From Wallemia ichthyophaga EXF-994 (lineage: Eukaryota > Fungi > Basidiomycota): a DNA stretch of 32,000 nucleotides. The stretch is taken from positions 210,001-242,000 of the forward strand of contig NW_008806282.1 of NCBI RefSeq assembly GCF_000400465.1, in the 5' to 3' direction. Positions 1 to 10,744 of this stretch are shown in pieces. The translations under genes were made by a program, and so were the position numbers. The notes below the pieces were generated by a model. That model worked only from the letters and a program-made list of their open reading frames with translations, had not been told where the DNA came from and did no database searches. Position 1 is the stretch's first letter; the number at the start of each line of letters is the position of its first letter.

Positions 1-702
1 GTTCGCCGAATTTGATTCTGCCTTTGGAAGCAAAGAGCGTACTTGGAAGATAACACCGAAGTAACCACCGTCTTGGGAATGAGCGTGGTTAGCAAGGAGT
101 GAAAACTCAAGAAAAAAAAAACTCACTCCACCAGAAGTGTCTCCAGAAAGTAGCTTCCATGCCTGCGTACATACCCAAGACACCATCGCTCTTGACGGTA
201 TGTTTGATTACATCGAGTGGACCTGTAGGGAGAAATTAGAATAATACTGCGTGCACACAGCAAACACACCCTTGAAAGTGCTTGTCTTGTCCTGCAACCG
301 AATCTTAATCAACTCAAATGGAGTAACGACGAATGATTCGGTAGCACCCGCACTGCATCCGGTAGCCAAAGAAAGACCCTGTGTCATCTCACTAACGCCA
401 GCCAAAGACTTGTAAGTCTTTCCCCAGTAGTCATTCGCCGCGAACTTTACCGCTCTCTTCGGAGCTTCAAGGGTCAATGGAGCAGCGAGACCTCTGTACA
501 ATTTAGAGAAACCTTCGCTCTTTGCGATTTCCGACAACATCTTCACCATCCCTTGGCTTTTGCCTGCTTCGAGCTGCATTCTCGTCTTTGCAATATCAGT
601 CGGATACATGGTCAGTATTTCAACAACACCGCCAATCGCTCCTGCTAAAGGCATAGACCAGCCTGGTAGAGGTGCTGGAGATGGGGATTTTTTCTGTTCC
701 AT
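1..702 (-). CDS. ODC1: Mitochondrial 2-oxodicarboxylate carrier (SLC25, ODC-type); 3'-truncated by the window edge. Exons 702-270, 222-127, 71-<1
   Basis: Carrier signatures PTDIAKTRMQ and PFELIKIRLQ, plus EAPKRAVKF. Removing GT-AG introns 223-269 and 72-126 continues the frame into GPLDVIKHTVKSDGVLGMYAGMEATFWRHFWWNGGYFGVIFQVR, typical of ODC carriers. Confidence 0.85.
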
Positions 703-880
703 TATTTTGGTCCGAATGAAGCTAAAGCAAGCGACTAGGGACACCGTTTATCAATTTTACACTTATCCGATGACCACGGCCGTTGAGTGAGCAAGGCCGG
801 TGATGGGCGGAAATGGGCGTGGTGAGTAAACGTTTCTGTTCTAATCACCTGCCAGCTTGTGTTTTAGTGTGTTTAGTCTC

Positions 881-886
881 CACGTG
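881..886. promoter_or_regulatory. CACGTG E-box (possible bHLH site) about 180 bp upstream of the ODC start
   Basis: Motif match only; a single 6-mer. Confidence 0.15.
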
Positions 887-1263
887 ATTTAGGTCATTCG
901 GCGAAGATTGATAACGTTGTGGGGTAATTAATTCTCATTATAATTCTAGACTTGTATTTGTACTGCCCTGTTTACGTCTTGTAGTCTTGTGAGCTGCTTT
1001 ATCTTTCGCATCCGATACTCCGAAAAGTTAGACGAAACTCAAACTCATATGATTCACTTTGTGTGCAGTTTCTGAAGAGGATTAGGAACGCGCTAATTTC
1101 CGATAATTCATTGCGTAGATACTGTATCGCAACTTCAAAGCTAACCCTCCATATCATCATGTCTCCGTTCCTGTCACATAATCAGCGCACTCTCCAACAC
1201 CCATTTGCAGCGCATAATGTCACATTAATTCATACATAATTTCATCAAACAATCATTATCCCT

Positions 1264-2319
1264 TTATTTGCCAACGAGGTGCTCTACTTTGGCCTGTGCG
1301 CGGGAGAGACCAGCCTTTCCAATTTGAGAGAGGATGGTGCCAGTATCTTTTTCATCCTTGAAGTAGATGTAGCCGAGCATTTCAGAGCCGTCGTTGTATC
1401 TCTTGTTTTTGTTTGCACCTTCCAAAGTCTGGACATCCTCAGCACTCAATGCAACAACAGACTCAAAGTTCTCCTTGATTCTTGAAACTGTCTTTGGGAT
1501 TGGTGAAATGTTCTTCGCAAGAAGGAACGAAAGCGCTATTCCGTGGTTAGAAGTTTGGTATTTCTGCGCCAAAGCCTTCACAGCTGGATCTTCTACAACT
1601 TCAGCGTTCGAGCCGTAGATGTGGTTCAAACCACCAAATGGACTGTAAGCAGTGACTTGGATGCCCTGTGATTGTGCGTACTTGACCAACTCAGGTTGTT
1701 GGTTGTAGACGTGTAATTCAACTTGGAGAGATGATGGTCTGATTTTTGCCGTCTTGAGGAGGTCTGCAATTTCCGACTTTGTGTAGTTGGAGATACCAAT
1801 GTTCTTACATTTTTGTGGGACTTGGGTTTCCATTGCAGCCCACGTGTCCTTCTCCTCAACATTGTGGTCTTTGAGTGGGAAACCCTTGTCGTCTTGTGGG
1901 ATTTGAGCGGATCCATCGTAGTTTGGTCCTGTTGCAAGGGCACCTGGCCAGTGAATCAAGTACAAGTCAAGGTACTCTAATTGGAGGTCCTCGAGAGTCT
2001 TGTTAAGTCCTCTGGTGACATTCTCTGGCTTCTTTGAGTTCAACCAGAGCTTCGAAGTGACAAAGATCTCGGAACGTGGAGTACCAGTTGCTTTGAGCCA
2101 ACGTGTAATACCTTGACCGACCTCACGCTCGTTTTGGTAGATTGCAGCGGAGTCGATGTGACGGTAACCAGCTTCAAGTGCTGCATACACAAGGTCAGCA
2201 GCCTTCTCGTTTGGTAAGTTCCAGCATCCGTAACCGAGCTTAGGGATTCCGGCAGAGTTGGTGTCTGCGGCGGTTGCTGGGGCGTTAGCAAAGGCGATTC
2301 TTTCAGTTTGAATTGGCAT
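1264..2319 (-). CDS. Aldo-keto reductase A (polyol/glycerol dehydrogenase or xylose reductase-like), intronless
   Basis: Uninterrupted ORF from MPIQTER. Catalytic tetrad present: HIDSA (D), AIYQN (Y), VTSKLW (K), LIHWP (H). Also IGISN, LQVELH, AYSPFG and cofactor loop IPKTVSRIKEN. Confidence 0.93.
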   Translation of the reverse strand: MPIQTERIAFANAPATAADTNSAGIPKLGYGCWNLPNEKAADLVYAALEAGYRHIDSAAIYQNEREVGQGITRWLKATGTPRSEIFVTSKLWLNSKKPENVTRGLNKTLEDLQLEYLDLYLIHWPGALATGPNYDGSAQIPQDDKGFPLKDHNVEEKDTWAAMETQVPQKCKNIGISNYTKSEIADLLKTAKIRPSSLQVELHVYNQQPELVKYAQSQGIQVTAYSPFGGLNHIYGSNAEVVEDPAVKALAQKYQTSNHGIALSFLLAKNISPIPKTVSRIKENFESVVALSAEDVQTLEGANKNKRYNDGSEMLGYIYFKDEKDTGTILSQIGKAGLSRAQAKVEHLVGK

Positions 2320-2659
2320 CTTGATTGTTAGTGTGAGAGATGTGCGAGCGAATGACAGCACAATGTTGGAGGGACGAGATGTGGTGCGCTGATAATGATG
2401 TAATTAATAATAAATTACATCAAATATGTGTTGGAATTCACCAATAACAGCTAAAGCCGTGCTCAGCGTCTGCTAACGTGTTTGTGCGCGCTCAGAATGT
2501 GGTTATAAAAAGTGTGATTCACAAACCAAGGCACGAGATCCGAATATTAAAGACATTGTTTAGTTAGCTGCTTAATTGATAATTACTTCTATGTATTTCT
2601 ATAATTCAAACGACTCGTACCGTTGGAGCTGCTTACAGTTTATGAATTATTGAATTAAG

Positions 2660-3955
2660 TCATGGATTGTGACTCTGCGCACGCGCTCTGACGCTCTCTT
2701 TGCTCTGATGCTTGATTTGTTCAGGTGACTTCTCGTCTGCGAAGAAGACCACACCGCACTGCACCTTGTCAGCTGATATTGTATCAATAGTATGTATGAC
2801 CTCACCAGTTCTGAAAGGTCGCAGTAGCGCCTGGAGAATGTGAGTGCTTGTGCATTCAAATTTCCGTTATCCTCATCATCAAGGTTTATTTGCTGTGCAT
2901 TAGCTTGTATGTGTTCAGGATTGGAAGAACGAGGCAATGTGACTATCCTTCTACCTATCACCCAGTTTGTAATAACGGTAGGAGCAGAAACGCTGTGCTT
3001 TTTTGCGATTAAACCTATTGTTGCGTCTTGGAGAAGCTGATTTTGCTGATCGTATAGCGCATTGGCGTTTCCAAATGGAGAATAACCCTCTACCACAATA
3101 CCTTGGGATTTTGCAAACTCTACAAGTCTATGCTGCGGCAAACGTGGGTGTATTTCGACCTTGGAAGGTATAAGTATTTGCACTGACGTCACCAAAGCAA
3201 CACACCTGCAGAATCGATGGTTTAACACGCGCGTATGAGAGCATATCGCTTAACTGATCTACTGTGAGGTTCGAGACTCCGATTGAGCGCACCTTCCCAG
3301 TCGACAGAAGATGTTCCATAGCCTGGGATGGTCTATGTAAAGTAAATCACGTCCCACTGACATCTTACGCACCTCCCATGTCTCGCGGTAAGGGACGCGG
3401 TCGTTGATAATAACGCCATGGTCATCTTGAGGGATGTTTGCCCGATTGTCAGCTGAGGGCTATAAATGTCAACATTGCATCACACGCTGAAGCTTCGAAA
3501 CCACCTTGAAAGCAGCTGGCCAGTGGATGATGTATGCATCAAGATATTCTAGGCCTAATTCGGACAAAGATACATCAAGTGCTTTCTCCACGTCTTCCTT
3601 TCTGTGAGAGTTGTTGTAGAGCTTCGATAATACGAAGATATCAGAGCGCGGTGTTTGCGTATCATCCATGAACCGCCTGATAGCAACTCCGCAGGCAGCC
3701 TCATTCAAGTAAATCGCTGAGGCTGCCTGTGAGTTTGGACTGAGGAGAGAACTGCAGACCTACAAGCACAATCGATGCCTCTGTATCCACTCTTGAGTGC
3801 CTCGTAAACAGCAAATTCTGTTCTGTCGCCCAGTTCCCATGTGCCAAGCTAGGGCCGAGTGAGAAGTGAGATCATTGAAAATTAAGCTATCCTACTTGTA
3901 GCAGTGGGATTTGTACGCCGTTGTTGAGCGTCTCTGTGTGATTTGCAAGAGTCAT
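2660..3955 (-). CDS. Aldo-keto reductase B, 7 exons. Introns 3849-3895, 3717-3763, 3460-3504, 3323-3372, 3160-3205, 2759-2805
   Basis: Splicing six 45-50 nt GT-AG introns gives MTLANHTETLNNGVQIPLLQLGTW...GYRGIDCASIYLNE...VLSKLYN...IIHWP...SIGVSN...LQVEIHP...GYSPFG...LPRSSNPEHIQAN...RYCDLSELCGVVFFADEK, stop at 2660-2662. Confidence 0.9.
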
Positions 3956-4106
3956 TGATATATTCTCGATGATGACAGAAGGCAGGAAGCAGGAAGACAC
4001 GCCCGATGCAAGCGAGACCAAGAAGATATCGGGCGAGATAATAAGAACCGCAGAAAAGCACAAACCTACCGGTAACGACTCTATCTCCTCAACCACCAAC
4101 TACGAA

Positions 4107-7100
4107 ATGACGGATCCTCACAGAGTCATTAACAGCGCCGCGAGCTACAGTGATGGAGACAAAGAAGCCATTATACAGCAGCTGCGATCTGAGCTTGGTG
4201 TGGCTTCTCTCCCATCTTCCGCACAAATCAAAGACGATATCCAATCGAGCTTCTTGCAGCCGCCAAAGAAGCTGTCGAGTATCAACTATCGAACAATACC
4301 GCGCCAGCCAAACCTCAGAAATCTTGTTCAATCGGACATCTCAGCACCATCCTCGAAGCTGTCGTTCCAAAGAGCTGGTCTCGATGGTAACATCGTTGGA
4401 CACACTGAAGTACAAATTCCAATTACTGCAAGAGAGAACGCTAGAACATCAACTAGTATCCACAGGGCTCCAACCGATGCTGCGTCCTTTGTCCGAGGAA
4501 AGAGCGGCAACGTGCCATTCGCGCCGGGCGGTTTGGACGTCGTGAAGGAAACTGTCGATATGGAGAGCAGAAACAAACACGGATTAGATGGCGAGAGTGC
4601 TGGTACATCTGTAGATTTGTCCAAGGGTGGGTCGGTAGCTTGTTGAAATGACGCACAACTCACACAACACAGGGGGTTTAAGAACGGCTCCACCAGGATT
4701 TGGGAGAGGTTTACGGTTTGAAGGAGACGAAAGCAATTCCCTTGACGCTATCAGCGGTGCATCAGAGTTACCTCAGGCAAGCACCTCCAAACACACTGCT
4801 GTATCAACCAACAAACCCAACAAAGTCAACATTCAGTCCGATAAATCATTCACTGATGCTTCCATCGATGAGCTGCTTCCTGACTCTAAGCCACACATTC
4901 CAACGACTGCCGCCAACTCGCGTCGTAAAGCTCAATTGGCCAAAAGAGAATGGGCTCACGTCGTCAATGCGAACAAGGGACTCACCAACTTTGACGAGCT
5001 AGTACCAGATATGGCTATAAAGTATCCGTTCAAGCTCGATAATTTCCAGCAAAACGCTGTTTATTATTTGGAGATGGGTGACTCAGTCTTTGTGGCAGCA
5101 CATACTTCGGCCGGTAAGACGGTAGTTGCAGAGTATGCAATAGCCCTAGCAGCTAAGCACATGACAAGAACAATCTATACTTCGCCAATCAAGGCATTGT
5201 CTAATCAGAAGTATCGAGACTTCAAGACAACATTCGATCCATCCACTGTTGGTATTTTGACAGGAGATGTGCAAATCAATCCAGAAGGAAGCTGTCTTAT
5301 CATGACCACTGAAATCTTGCGTAGTATGCTGTACAAGGGTGCGGATCTTATCAGAGATGTTGAGTTTGTTGTTTTCGACGAAGTTCACTACGTCAATGAT
5401 GCTGAGAGAGGTGTTGTGTGGGAAGAAGTAATCATCATGTTACCTGAGCACATCAACATTATCCTCCTCTCTGCAACAGTGCCAAATGCGAAGGAGTTCG
5501 CAGACTGGGTTGGTAGAACAAAGAGAAAGAACATCTACGTTATCAGCACACCAAAGCGTCCTGTACCATTAGAGCATCACCTATTTGCAAGCAAGGAGAT
5601 TCACAAGATAGTCGATTCGAGTGGAAGATTCTTGAGCAGCGGCCACAAAGACGCAACGGATGCACTGCGTAAGAAGCAAGACAAGGAAAGAGAAGCAGCA
5701 GGCTTACCGCCTGTCCAGAAGACGGGCGGCGGTGGTCGTGGTGGTCGTGGCGGCGGACGCACACCCTCAAATATGGGAGCTACAGGTGCTCATCGAGCTA
5801 TTAACACCTACAACAAATCTCAAGGAGCCAACAGAGGGGGTGGAAATTCTTCTTCAGGTGGTAATCAGAATCACCACTTGGTGCAGTATCTTAAAAAGAA
5901 GGAATTGCTACCTGTCGTCATTTTCACCTTCTCCAAGCGCAAGTGCGAGGAGAATGCCAGTGGATTAGGTGGTATGGACTTACTGACTGCTGCTGAGAAG
6001 AGTGAGGTGCACATAACTATCGAGAGGAGCATATCTAGATTGAGAGGTGGGAATCTTTGAGTGGTGGGGATCCCAGCTGACACAAAGCAGGTTCAGACAA
6101 ACAGCTCCCTCAAATTGCGAGAATGAAAGATCTTCTCGGAAGAGGTTTGGCTGTTCACCATGGTGGTCTTCTCCCGATCGTTAAAGAGGTGAGTGAAAAC
6201 ATGCGCTCACAATATATGCTAAAACAGCTCAAGATTGTAGAGCTTCTTTTTGGTAGAGGTCTTGTAAAAGTGCTCTTTGCTACAGAAACATTTGCCATGG
6301 GTGTCAATATGCCTGCCAGAAGTGTAGCTTTTTCTGGTATACGCAAGCACGATGGGAAATCATTTAGAGATCTTCTGCCTGGTGAGTTTACATTTGCAGC
6401 CTCAACTTGCTAACCGAGGCCTAGGCGAATACACCCAGATGTCAGGCAGGGCGGGTCGCAGAGGATTGGATGCAACAGGTGTTGTTATCATTATGACAAA
6501 TGACAGCATACCCGAGACAACAACACTGCAGCAGATGATACTGGGTGTACCCGGTAAACTCAATTCGCAATTCAGACTGACATTTAACCTCATCCTCAAT
6601 TTGCTCCGGGTCGAGACGCTCAAGGTCGAGGACATGATCAAGCGCTCTTTCAGTGAGAACGCCAGTCAGAGATTACTTCCTGATCAGCAGAAGCAAGTTG
6701 AAGAAACAGAGCAGCGACTTGCACTATTACACAAGTTGGATAGAGAGACGTCCCTTCCTGATCTAGATACTCTCTATAACGTGAGCGCATCACTCGTGGA
6801 TGTGAATGCCTACATAGTCGACTATGCTCTGGGACATCCTCAAGGAAACAAGATGATTGGTACGGGTAGAGTTGTGTTGGTGAGAGACAGCCACTTTAAA
6901 GGTAACTTGGCGGTGCTGCTCCGTCCACCGAAGTTCCTGCCGACTGGGGCATCCAAGACATCCAAGTACTATTGGGTTGTCGGTTTGTCGGACAAAGATA
7001 CTAGAGATGGCAAGAAGGGTGGGTCGATGTTTGAGATCTTGTTGGTTTGCTGACGATTGCCTAGACATGAAGGCAGACGACATCACACCTCGCTGGCCTG

Positions 7101-8249
7101 CAACATTACAGGAAGATGATGGTGAACTGGTTTATGACTTGGTCTCAATCCCCAGCGAGAGTATATCTATGATTACCAAATTCACAATGAAGGATGTGAG
7201 TGGGGTGTCCGAGGGTGTTTATTATTCTCACTTTACTTTTCAGCTCGATGTGTCTGCTATCGTAGATCACCATCGCAAGTCTGCTCTACAGGGTTGTGCA
7301 GACTATTTGAAGGAGCTTCTTCCTACGCTCAGCAACAATGCCACACTGACGGACAGATCGCTGGAGATCGACTGGTCAAAGTTGAGAGGATTGGAATTCC
7401 ACGAAGCGTTATCAGAGAGGGAGAGGTTAATGACGAAAGTGCGTGATCTCATACCGCTCACCGCTTTACCGGAGTTTGATTCTCAATATGCGCATCTACA
7501 TGTGGAAAGCGGATTGAAAAATCAGGTGGCTTATCTTAGAGCATCAATCAGTGATCAGAATTTGGAGCTGCTTCCTGATTACGAGAATAGAATCAATGCA
7601 TTGAAGGAAATGCAGTACATTGACCAAAAATCTACCGTTCAATTGAAAGGAAGGGTTGCTTGCGAGGTTAGTGGAGGTTTCTTGAATTGAATAGCAACTC
7701 ACCACTCAACACCTTACAGATCAACTCTGCCCATGAACTCATCCTCACCGAGCTAATTTTGGAGAATACGTTCGCCGCCTATGAGCCAGAAGAGATGGTG
7801 GCGCTGCTTTCGTGTTTCTTATTCCACGAGAAGACGGAAGTGGAGCCTGTGATTCCGCCAAAGTTGGAAGAGGTGGGTATTTTCAGGATTTGGCCCACAT
7901 TACTGACCCTGCGTAGGGTCGTGATACTATCTTTGCTATAGCAGATAAGGTGCAAAGAGTACTCGAACGCAACAAGGTAGAATCTGAAGATTTCGAAACA
8001 TCGCTTAAGTTCGGATTAGTGGAGGTTGTTTATGAATGGGCTAAGGGTATGCCGTTTGAGCAGATCACACAATTGACAGATGTGCCAGAAGGTACGATCG
8101 TCAGGGTAATCACAAGATTGGATCAGACTTGTTTGGAGGTTAGAGATGCAGCTAGAGTGATTGGAGATGCTGCACTTTTCCAAAAGATGGAGGCGTGTCA
8201 GACAATGATCAAGAGAGATATTATCTTTGCTGCTAGTCTGTATGTTTAG
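4107..8249 (+). CDS. SKI2: Ski2-like DExH-box RNA helicase of the SKI complex, 9 exons. Introns 4627-4672, 6047-6090, 6189-6233, 6382-6424, 7019-7064, 7196-7243, 7667-7717, 7873-7916
   Basis: Motifs [56 protein letters not shown]. Has the RG-rich insertion and the long N-terminal arm typical of Ski2, and ends [10 protein letters not shown]. Start 4107 preferred; in-frame ATGs exist at 3969 and 3972. Confidence 0.95.
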
Positions 8250-8424
8250 AATGTATATTGCGAGGAGGAGTTGGATCAGATTTTCAATGCATTGTTTTTA
8301 CGAAGAATTGTTAAGAGCTATGTGCATAACGTGTCTTGTGTAACAAAACAAAGACGTTTTGACATTTACCGAGCAAATCAGAGTGAATACTTGAATCCAT
8401 GCTCTCCCCTAATCTCTCTATAAG

Positions 8425-8985
8425 ATCAAAACACCTCGAACCATTTACGGTTCCATTCACCACAACAATATAAATTGGGAACATGCCATACAAGCCATAT
8501 CAAGACGATCCAACGAGAAGAACAATATTCACACCATCGGAGGAACTTCTGTTGATGTTTGGAAATCTATTGCCAAATCTCGCGAGGACGTCGCATCACT
8601 TCGGATACAAGGACGACAAGCTATGTGGTTGCTGAAACTCACTTAGTATAGCTGTATTAAGGAAGTACATGGAATCGGGTTCCCAATTCACGTTGGTGCA
8701 GCTGTATCAAGCAAACCAAGACAGAATCCGCTTAACACTGAATAGTAAACACGAGGGCTCTTGTCAACGTTCTCGCAAAGACGTACGGATGGTTCGAGGA
8801 CGATAAGGTTATTCGGAGGAAGCTTGTTAAGGCTAAGCTGGATAAGTACGGTCGCTTTGAGTTGATTATTGCTTCTTGTAGCCTACACTTAGGCTTGCAT
8901 GCATTTTACTGCAAATCGCTGTGCTGGAAGTCTATGACAAGCGAACGAACGAACCAAACAAAGAACACATTGATTGCAATGCATA
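8425..8985 (+). CDS. Unresolved candidate multi-exon gene of unknown function; strand and structure uncertain
   Basis: Protein-like open frames (IKTPRTIYGSIHH...GGTSVDVWKSIAKSREDVASLRIQG; VNTRALVNVLAKTYGWFEDDKVIRRKLVKAKLDK; LACILLQIAVLEVYDK) separated by intron-sized GT..AG segments 8692/8696-8745 and 8846-8892. I could not join all phases into one model. Confidence 0.3.
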
Positions 8986-9034
8986 ATAATAATATTACAT
9001 GATAGCACCATTCTATTGAAATATCCACATCTAA

Positions 9035-10139
9035 TCAATCAAAAACGACTGTCTTGTGTCCTGAGAGAAGCACTCTATGTTCAGAAACCCATTTAACAGC
9101 TCTTGCGAGTACAATAGACTCAACATTCGATCCTACGTGCGAGAGTGATTTTGGATTGAGTGTGTGGTCGACTCTCTCGACACCCTGTTCGATTATTGGA
9201 CCTTCGTCGAGGTCTGATGTGACAAAGTGTGCTGTTGCACCGATAAGCTTCACACCTCTATCGTAAGCCTGGTGGTATGGTCTGTGTTGGGTTGAAAGTG
9301 TAAGCAGTGCTCACCGGCGCACTAAACTCAATTACTCACTTTGCACCCTTGAATGAAGGAAGGAACGAGTGATGAATGTTTATAATACGTCCACTCATCT
9401 CCTTACATAGTTTTGGCGATAGGACTTGCATGTAACGGGCTAAAACAATGTAATCAATCTTGTGTTCTTTTACGAGTTTCAGGAGCTCCTCTTCCTGCTG
9501 CTCCTTCGTATCGCGATTGACTGGCAAGTGCAAGAAAGGGATCTCGTAGCTCTTGGCCAGTGATTGGTAGGTAGGATGATTACTGACGATCAGCGGTATC
9601 TCAATTGGGATTTGATCTGCTGAGGCTCTGAAGAGTAAATCGTTGAGACAGTGACCAATCTTTGAAACCATAACCATAACCTTTGGCTTGTTTGATGCTA
9701 CATGCATATGCCATTCAAGACCAATGTTTTCAGCGAGTTTACCGAATTCTCGTCTCAGAGGCGCTATATCCAAACCATTTTGAGCTTGGGCAGTGATTCT
9801 CATGAAAAAGCGATTAGAAGTTGGATCCAAGAACTGATCGGAGGAGAGAATGTTGTGGTGGTTGTTGTACAGAAACTCGGAAACATTCTTGACAACGCCG
9901 AGCTGATCTTGACAGCTCAGAGTGAGTACTATTGAGTTCTCTGGCTGTGAAACCTTGGGACTGAGTAATCCTTTTACTTTTCCCTGGTTAATTAGTGTAT
10001 CCGTTTCCGGGGTGAACCTTGGGACGGTCGTGGACAGATATCTGGATGGAGTAGACAGTGCTATTGGGGCGAGTGAGGGTGATCTTCTTATACATGATCT
10101 CGCCACGCTTCTCGTGAGCGTTGTTGCTGGTAATCTCAT
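9035..10139 (-). CDS. purU: Formyltetrahydrofolate deformylase (PurU-type, ACT domain plus formyltransferase) with a predicted mitochondrial presequence; intron 9282-9339
   Basis: [12 protein letters not shown] (ACT), [40 protein letters not shown]|[33 protein letters not shown]-terminus is Arg/Ser/Thr-rich and nearly free of acidic residues. Alternative in-frame start at 10172. Confidence 0.93.
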
Positions 10140-10496
10140 GGCGTTGATGAAAATGAAGAGAGAAGACATCATTTTGTTGTGTCGGTGTGGAAAATTTCGC
10201 GGAATTGAGGAGCGTGTGAGAGTTTGCGTGAGTATTAGAGAGGTATTAGGATGCTTCTGCTGCTACTACTTCCGCTGCTCCGATAGATGGAATATATGTC
10301 AAGTCCTCGGAAAGCATTGGATGGAAAAAGCACTAAATCAGCCGGTAGACGATCATTATCGGGGTGCATCTGAGTAATTCAATAAACAAATATCAAACTT
10401 CCGAGCTTCTGATGTAGCTCCAGGTACAACAATCCTAGCAATCCCAGCAATCCAAACAAGCTTACAAGGGTTAAAAAGCATAAAAAGCACAAAATT

Positions 10497-10687
10497 ATGA
10501 GATGATATGAGGCTTGTAAGTGATGCCTGTTAAATCACCTCAAATATCCCCATGTTAGACGATCTTCTCCGGCGGTAAACAACAAAGCAAAAGGCAGCCA
10601 TACAAATACAATACAATCAGCGCAGCCATCGCCCAAACCGACAATACAAAACACAAAATACGCAGATCTGACTCCGCCAAATTGTGA
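10497..10687 (+). promoter_or_regulatory. Overlapping uORF cluster with an intron-like segment (10516-10558) upstream of asparagine synthetase
   Basis: ATGAGATGATATGAGG contains ATG-AGA-TGA, ATG-ATA-TGA and a third ATG. It is followed directly by GTAAGT...TTAG (43 nt); the spliced frame stays open to TGA at 10685-10687. Confidence 0.35.
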
Positions 10688-10690
10688 CTC
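10669..10690 (+). promoter_or_regulatory. Two TGACTC (Gcn4/CpcA-type) motifs upstream of asparagine synthetase
   Basis: TGACTC at 10669-10674 and 10685-10690, 55-76 nt before the ATG of an amino-acid biosynthetic gene. They may lie inside the leader. Confidence 0.35.
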
Positions 10691-10744
10691 GACCGACCCA
10701 ACCAATCAGTGCTCGCCTGTCTTCTTCAAACTTCGACAACGAAA

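Noticed and set aside
999-1160. 53-codon minus-strand ORF (MMIWRVSFEV...) beginning with a C-box-like ATGATGA
   Set aside because: No motif, no D box, and the length is compatible with chance in intergenic DNA.
3969-4106. 46-codon in-frame N-terminal extension of SKI2, starting 13 bp from the AKR-B ATG
   Set aside because: It would leave no room for the shared promoter and is low-complexity. ATG 4107, giving a 151-bp gap, is more plausible; TSS mapping would settle it.
5722-5870. RGG/Gly-rich segments in SKI2 and in the CUE3 tail
   Set aside because: Known features of these families.
8247-8423. The SKI2 frame stays open for 57 codons past its TAG (possible readthrough)
   Set aside because: The context TAG-AAT is not a known leaky one and the protein already ends at the conserved FAASLY terminus.
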